64,000 nucleotides of DNA from the human T2T-CHM13v2.0 reference genome, Homo sapiens. Position numbers and translations under genes: made by a program. The stretch lies in the NCBI RefSeq assembly GCF_009914755.1, contig NC_060939.1; one strand, 5' to 3'. Below the pieces are notes generated by a model. It saw only the letters and a program-made list of their open reading frames with translations. It searched no databases and had not been told where the DNA came from. Below are positions 58,450-64,000 of this stretch, piece by piece (the stretch's first letter is position 1; each line of letters begins with the position of its first letter).

Positions 58450-59520
58450 GATCTTGTCCAGTCTCATGGTTTCAAATACTAGCCCCATGCTAACGATCAA
58501 ATTTTGTATGCATTCAAAACTCCTGAACTCAGATTTAGATATCTAACATCCCGACTGGTTTCTTCACCTTACTGTTTCCCATGCCAAACTTCTTTCTTTT
58601 CTTAATCCATTTCCCCCACCTTTTCCATTATATTAAACGTAATTAAATAGGGATGTTTGGCTGAGGCTATGAAATTTGACTCACATCACATGCCAAATTC
58701 ATCACCAAATCCTGTCAACTCTACTTTAAAAATATTTTCAAAGTATGACCACCTCTTACTACTACCACTCTAGTTCAAATCATCCTAGCTCTTTCCTAGG
58801 TGACTGCAGTAACATCTCACTACCTAGATCTACCCTTTGTCCTATAGTCAATTCTTATCTCAGCAGACAGCAGACTATTAAAGCTGTGAACCATATCAGC
58901 CTCCATTTCAAGTGCCTTCAGTGGCTTCCATTTCACCTCCAGCAAAATGGAAATCTCCACAATGACATCTAAGACTCTCCATGGTTGGTCCCCCTTCTTG
59001 CCTTACAACTAAAAACTCTTCTACCATTTCCACTGTATTTACTCTGCTGTAGCAGGGAGACCTATTTGCTGTCCCTTAAGTAAAGCAGTCTTTCTCCTCT
59101 GGTCTTTGCATTTGCTGGTCCTGTTACTGGGAGTGTTCTTTTTCCCATCCACTTGATGACTTCCCTCATCTCCTTCAAGTCTTTGTTGGAATGTTCTTAC
59201 ACAGTGAGGACTTCCCTGGCCACCATATTTAAAACAGAATCTTCAGTCCCATGTCCAGCACTCTTTATGCACCTTCCCTGTTTTATAATAGTTTGAGAAA
59301 ATGAGTAAGTGTTTTGGGGACACAGCACTTACTATCACCTGATATAATTAGGCATAAAACTGTATTTCTGAATTATTTTCTTTCTTATGTATTTGTTTGC
59401 CTCCTGTCATAACTAAGCATTTAGTGAAGATTGTCTATTTTATCCACAATGGTATTCCTAATTCCTTAAAAAGTGTTTGGTATAAAACAAACATACATTG
59501 AACATTTGCTGAATAAAAGA
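58450..59520 (+). mobile_element. L2a relic
   Basis: cagtctcatggtttcaaatac...catcaccaaatcctgtcaactctac...ccttcagtggcttcc...aacatttgctgaataaa. Confidence 0.7.
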
Positions 59521-61621
59521 ATTATATGTAAAATTATGGTCAGGCATTATTTGAGGGGAAAACTCTTAGTCTCTAAACAAATTTATTTGGATACCTGGTA
59601 AATTATACTATAATTAATTTGGGAAATAAACTTGTTCCTCTTATGTCAATTGAGGAAAGCTTTGGCAGGAGCATTCTGCTTCATCTCCAAGTCTTTTTCT
59701 TCAAAGCCTATTGTTATTTTTTTCAAATCTGACCACCCTATGAGACCCACCCAGCTGAAGATTAGCTGGGATGCCCAGTTCCTGTTCTCACTGTGGGGTG
59801 CCCGATTTTCTGGGCAATCTGTGAGTAGATAAAGCAATGGGATGGGGTGAGGTTACAGGCATCAGCCCATTCTAAGCTTTGCTCTTCAACACATACTGTC
59901 CTCCTGAGCCAGAATGCAGACCGTGGCTACTTTTGCCCCTGCATGTCTGTTCTGATTCCTTTCTTCACATGTGATGCCTCACTATTCTTCTGCTTTTAAT
60001 ATGGAGCTTCATTCTCTAAGCTAAAAGGCCAAGCACAGATTCACCTGCCAATGAAGCTCTTTAAATTATCTCTTCTTTCTCAGGACTCACTGGCTGTAAA
60101 GTCCATGGAGCAAAAACAGAATTTGCTACTTTTCATTGACATTGTTGTAGTTGAGTTGTGTTTAACTAATTTGTTAAATGAACTGACACTGTACATTCTC
60201 CCTATAAAATAACAGTGTGTTTTCTATTATGTCTATTGCCTCAACTTAGCATTATGTTAACTTATTTACAAGCCAGTTTATTTAGGTTGTATTCAAGTTA
60301 GTCTTTGGTGACATAAATAAAATCAGTGATGTGGTCATAATGGAGTGGTGCTATTTATGTAAAAATATGTTGGGTCTTGAAAAGATTAGAAAAAGCTAAG
60401 TTGATTAATGTGAGGGCTAAGCAATGTAAAAATTTTAAGAAAAAATTATAAAATTAGAATAATAACAATTTTAATAAGCTAAAAGGTTTTTGCACTTCTG
60501 TTACTTTAAATTTTTGTTCTACTTTAAACAAATAAAAATTTGGAATTCTAATTGACTTGTTATGATAATAATTTATACAAAGAAGACAATGTATAGAAAC
60601 TCCAGTTAATAAAGTGATAATCAAAGGGTCCTGGGCTTATATCAAAATATTGGCCAATTAATTTACATTTGTGGTTTTTTTTTAACCCTGTGATCCTCCT
60701 CCTTAACTCATTTTTTAGATTAACTATCAAAAAACTGGTCTCAATTATATTTGAATAGAAGGTTTCTACTGTATTGTTCTCTAACTTGACCATGTTCGGT
60801 ACCCTTAATTAAAATATATAATTCTTTAGTAGTTTTCATAGATGTTTTCTTTCTAACTGGTTATATGAAAGCTACCCAAATAATGGGCAGGTTGAATAGT
60901 CGTGGGGTAGGCTCAATGTTGATCTGTGGAATGCTACCATAGGTATCCACAAACCTAAGACACAAAAACGCACCCTTAGAATTATTATCTGCTTATCAGT
61001 AGAACTGTGACTGAACCTGAGGCTTGCCCGACTCCGTACTTCTTGGTGTTATTCACAGCACCACAGCCTAATCTTGCTTGTTTCTTTATTTGAAGAAATC
61101 TTGAAAAAGAATTGCATTCTTTGATTTTTCTAGTTAATTAAAAATTTCACCTGAATCAGCAATATCTTACTGTGATGGCAATTGCATCTTCTAAAAAAGC
61201 ACAGTGGAGATATATTTGGAATAAATATATCCAGATATTTAAGTAGTACATTCTCAAATATCGGAGTAGTATATTCTACGAATTATGTCTGCAGGCTTAG
61301 AAATAACCTTCATATAATGTTAATAAAAACCAAACTAAGTAGCTATTCAAAGTATACTCACGGCATTGGACATTTGGGGGTAATTTTCACCAACCAACAA
61401 TGTCTGTATTAGTATCTTTATATGATGGTATTGTTATTTCTATAGTCTTGGTCAACAAAATTTACTCATGTTTGATATAATTTCCACATACCCATAGCAT
61501 GTCTTTGGAAGTAATGCAGTGCTTGAAATTTAAGGAAAAAATATCTGGTTAGGATTCCAAAATATAAACTATTAAATAAAATAGTGCTATTTACTTTTAA
61601 GATGAGGACAGTATTTTGATG

Positions 61622-62300
61622 GTACAGATTATTTCATCATCCAGGTATTAAGTCTAGCACCCATTAGTTATTTTTCCTGATGATCTCCCATCTCCCTGTC
61701 TCCACTCTCTGAAAGTCCCCAGTGTGTGTTGTTCCTCTCTATGCGTCCATGTGAGTTCTCATCATTTAGCTCCTACTTATAAGTGAGAACATGTGGTGTT
61801 TGGTTTTCTGTTCCTGTGTTAGTTTGCTAAGGATAATGGCCTCTAGCTCCGTCCATGTCCCTGCAAAAGACATGATCTCTGTTCTTTTTCATGGCTTCAT
61901 AGTATTCCATGGTGTATATGTACCACATTTTCTTGATCCAGTGTGTCACTGATCGCCATTTTGGTTGGTTCTATGTCTTTGCTATTGTGAATAGTGCTGC
62001 AGTGAACATATGCATGCATGTGTCTTTATAATAGAATGATTTATATTCCTTTGAGTATATACCCAGTAATGGGATTGCTGGGTCAAATGCTATTTCTGTC
62101 TTTAGGTTTTTGAAGAATTGCCACACTGTCTTCCACAATGGATGAACTAATTTACACTCCCACCAACAGTGTATAAGCATTCCTTTTTCTTCACAACTTT
62201 GCCAGCATCTGTTATTTTTTTGACTTTTTAGTAATAGCCATTCTGCCTGGTGTAAGATTGCATCTCATTGTGGTCTTGATTTGTATTTCTCTAATTATCA
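61622..62300 (-). mobile_element. L1PA (PA8-13-like) ORF2 end and 3' UTR
   Basis: ORF 61971-62180 resembles the L1 ORF2 C-terminus (HCWWECKLVHPLWKTVW...DTCMHMFTAALFTIAKT). Confidence 0.92.
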
Positions 62301-64000
62301 TGAATAGACAGTTTTGAAAATTTTACAATCTTATGAAGACAAATTAATACAGAATTTTCTGAGCTAGGGTGTAAACGGCTTTTCTGGGGCAAGATTATAG
62401 AGATTAAGAAAATGAGGTAGGGAGAAATTGAGCTACATTATTGTCAAGTTTAGCTTGCTGGGAGTTAAAACAAAACAAAAAAACAAAACTGAAGTCTTGG
62501 ACTTATTAATAACTATTCCTGGCTTCCTTCCCTCTGCTAAACATGGATTGTCAGATTTCTCTCTGTGAGTTGTCCTCATCCACTACTAGAGTCAGTCCCT
62601 GCACTGTATTCCCTGGCAATGATTTTGCAATGAGTTTCATTCAGGTTCTTAACACTTTAGGATAATGTGAACGTTCTCCTTTAGCTTCTCTCTGCTTCCA
62701 ATGTCTTCCATTTCTATCTTCCCTGCACACAGAACAGTTTATTTATCTTTCTTAAATACGGCAACTACTCTCAATTGTCTAGAGGATAAAGCACAACACT
62801 TTTAAACTTTACCCAACTAGCCTAGAAAAAAATTTCTCATATTTGTTATCTCACAGATACTAGAATATATTGATTTATACCTACTTCTTTTTCCCACACA
62901 AATTAGCCCACTATGAATAACCTCCACAGTCTCTTTTTTGTTGTTGTTGTTATCTATCTGAATTCTGCCCATTTAAGGTAAACTGATGTCTACAATTACT
63001 CCTGCTCAAGTACTTCTAGAGCCTTCTAACATCTGGTATCCAATTCCGTCTTTAAAGTACCTACCTACTACCATGGTTTCAGTTTTCTTGACTGTATCCT
63101 AACAGAAAAAGTAGTACAAAGGGATCACAAATGCAGAATAAAAGCTAGAAACATAGAATGATTAATACTCACAAATTTTAGAGGAATGGATGGATAGTTT
63201 CATTGTAATTGAAAGTGCGGAGGATTTCTAAGAATTAGTAGACTTTAAAGCATTATTTCAGTGAATCCGTGGCTGAGCACCTACTCTAATCTGCCATCAG
63301 CCATAACGAGAAAAGGAGAATAAACCACGGATTACAAGGCCTTCCCTTCAAGGCTGGTCTTGTTTATTTCTGAATGTCTTCACAGAGAACTCAGTTCTAA
63401 TTTTGCAGAGTTTTATGTTACATGCATAGGACAGAAAATAGTGACTAGGGAAGCTCTGAGATTTCTAGCATGCCTGTTGAATAAATAATACTATTTTTTC
63501 AACTTTCTTACTGCTTTCATCTTAGGATCTACAGCACTCTAAAATACTAGTCAAACTTCAGAATACTCCTGTACTAAGCTTATGGGTGATCTTTTTCTGA
63601 GATTTACTAAGGGGAAAATTTGATGGATCGCAGGCTGCCAAGCAAGTTCCCTGGAAGATGCAGATCAGACCAAGGAGCAGCCTTTTTGCCACAACAGGTA
63701 GTCATGTTACTGCTTCAGGACTGCAAGATGGAATAGATGAAAATGTGTTCATGTAGGTGGCCTTAAGAATGTCACACAGAATTTGAAAAGTGAGAGCTTA
63801 TCCTTAGAAAAAGAAAAAGGCTAAAGGCTGGTAGACATAAGAGATAGGACTGGAGACTTGGAGAACAGGCTGATATCTTCTTAAATGCTGGGCAGACTTT
63901 AAAAAAAATTCTGTGGTCTGTTTTTGCTAACTAGACCCTATATACTCTTCTTAGTAACATCCTTACATGGAAATAACCATCTTTGTGCCATTAGTTCAGT

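Overview
Primate (human or ape-like) genomic DNA with no intact protein-coding gene that I can support. Two AT-rich, gene-poor flanks (about 1-24.5 kb and 52-64 kb) hold Alu, L1, L2, MIR, MaLR/ERVL LTR and DNA-transposon relics. Between them lies a roughly 27 kb GOLGA 'core duplicon' segmental-duplication block of the kind known from human chromosome 15. On the + strand the block carries a GOLGA8-type golgin pseudogene, whose exon 1 runs directly into the 7SL-containing intron, followed by five 3' exons, a premature stop and a long inserted 3' UTR. Next is a convergent DNM1 pseudogene (- strand, 3' exons only) whose GED exon has expanded into four tandem copies. Last is the CpG-island promoter and two alternative first exons of a UBE2Q2 pseudogene. 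The component families are known; the candidate novelties are structural. They are the apparently ectopic and possibly circularly permuted duplicon, the frame-neutral DNM1 exon repeat, a 26-bp promoter VNTR, a trimeric Alu in the CpG island, a 400-bp fold-back palindrome built from an L1 relic, and identical A/T-to-G/C changes shared by independent young Alus. Repeat subfamily names and gene homologies come from recalled consensus sequences, not database searches. Species and chromosome cannot be fixed from the window alone.
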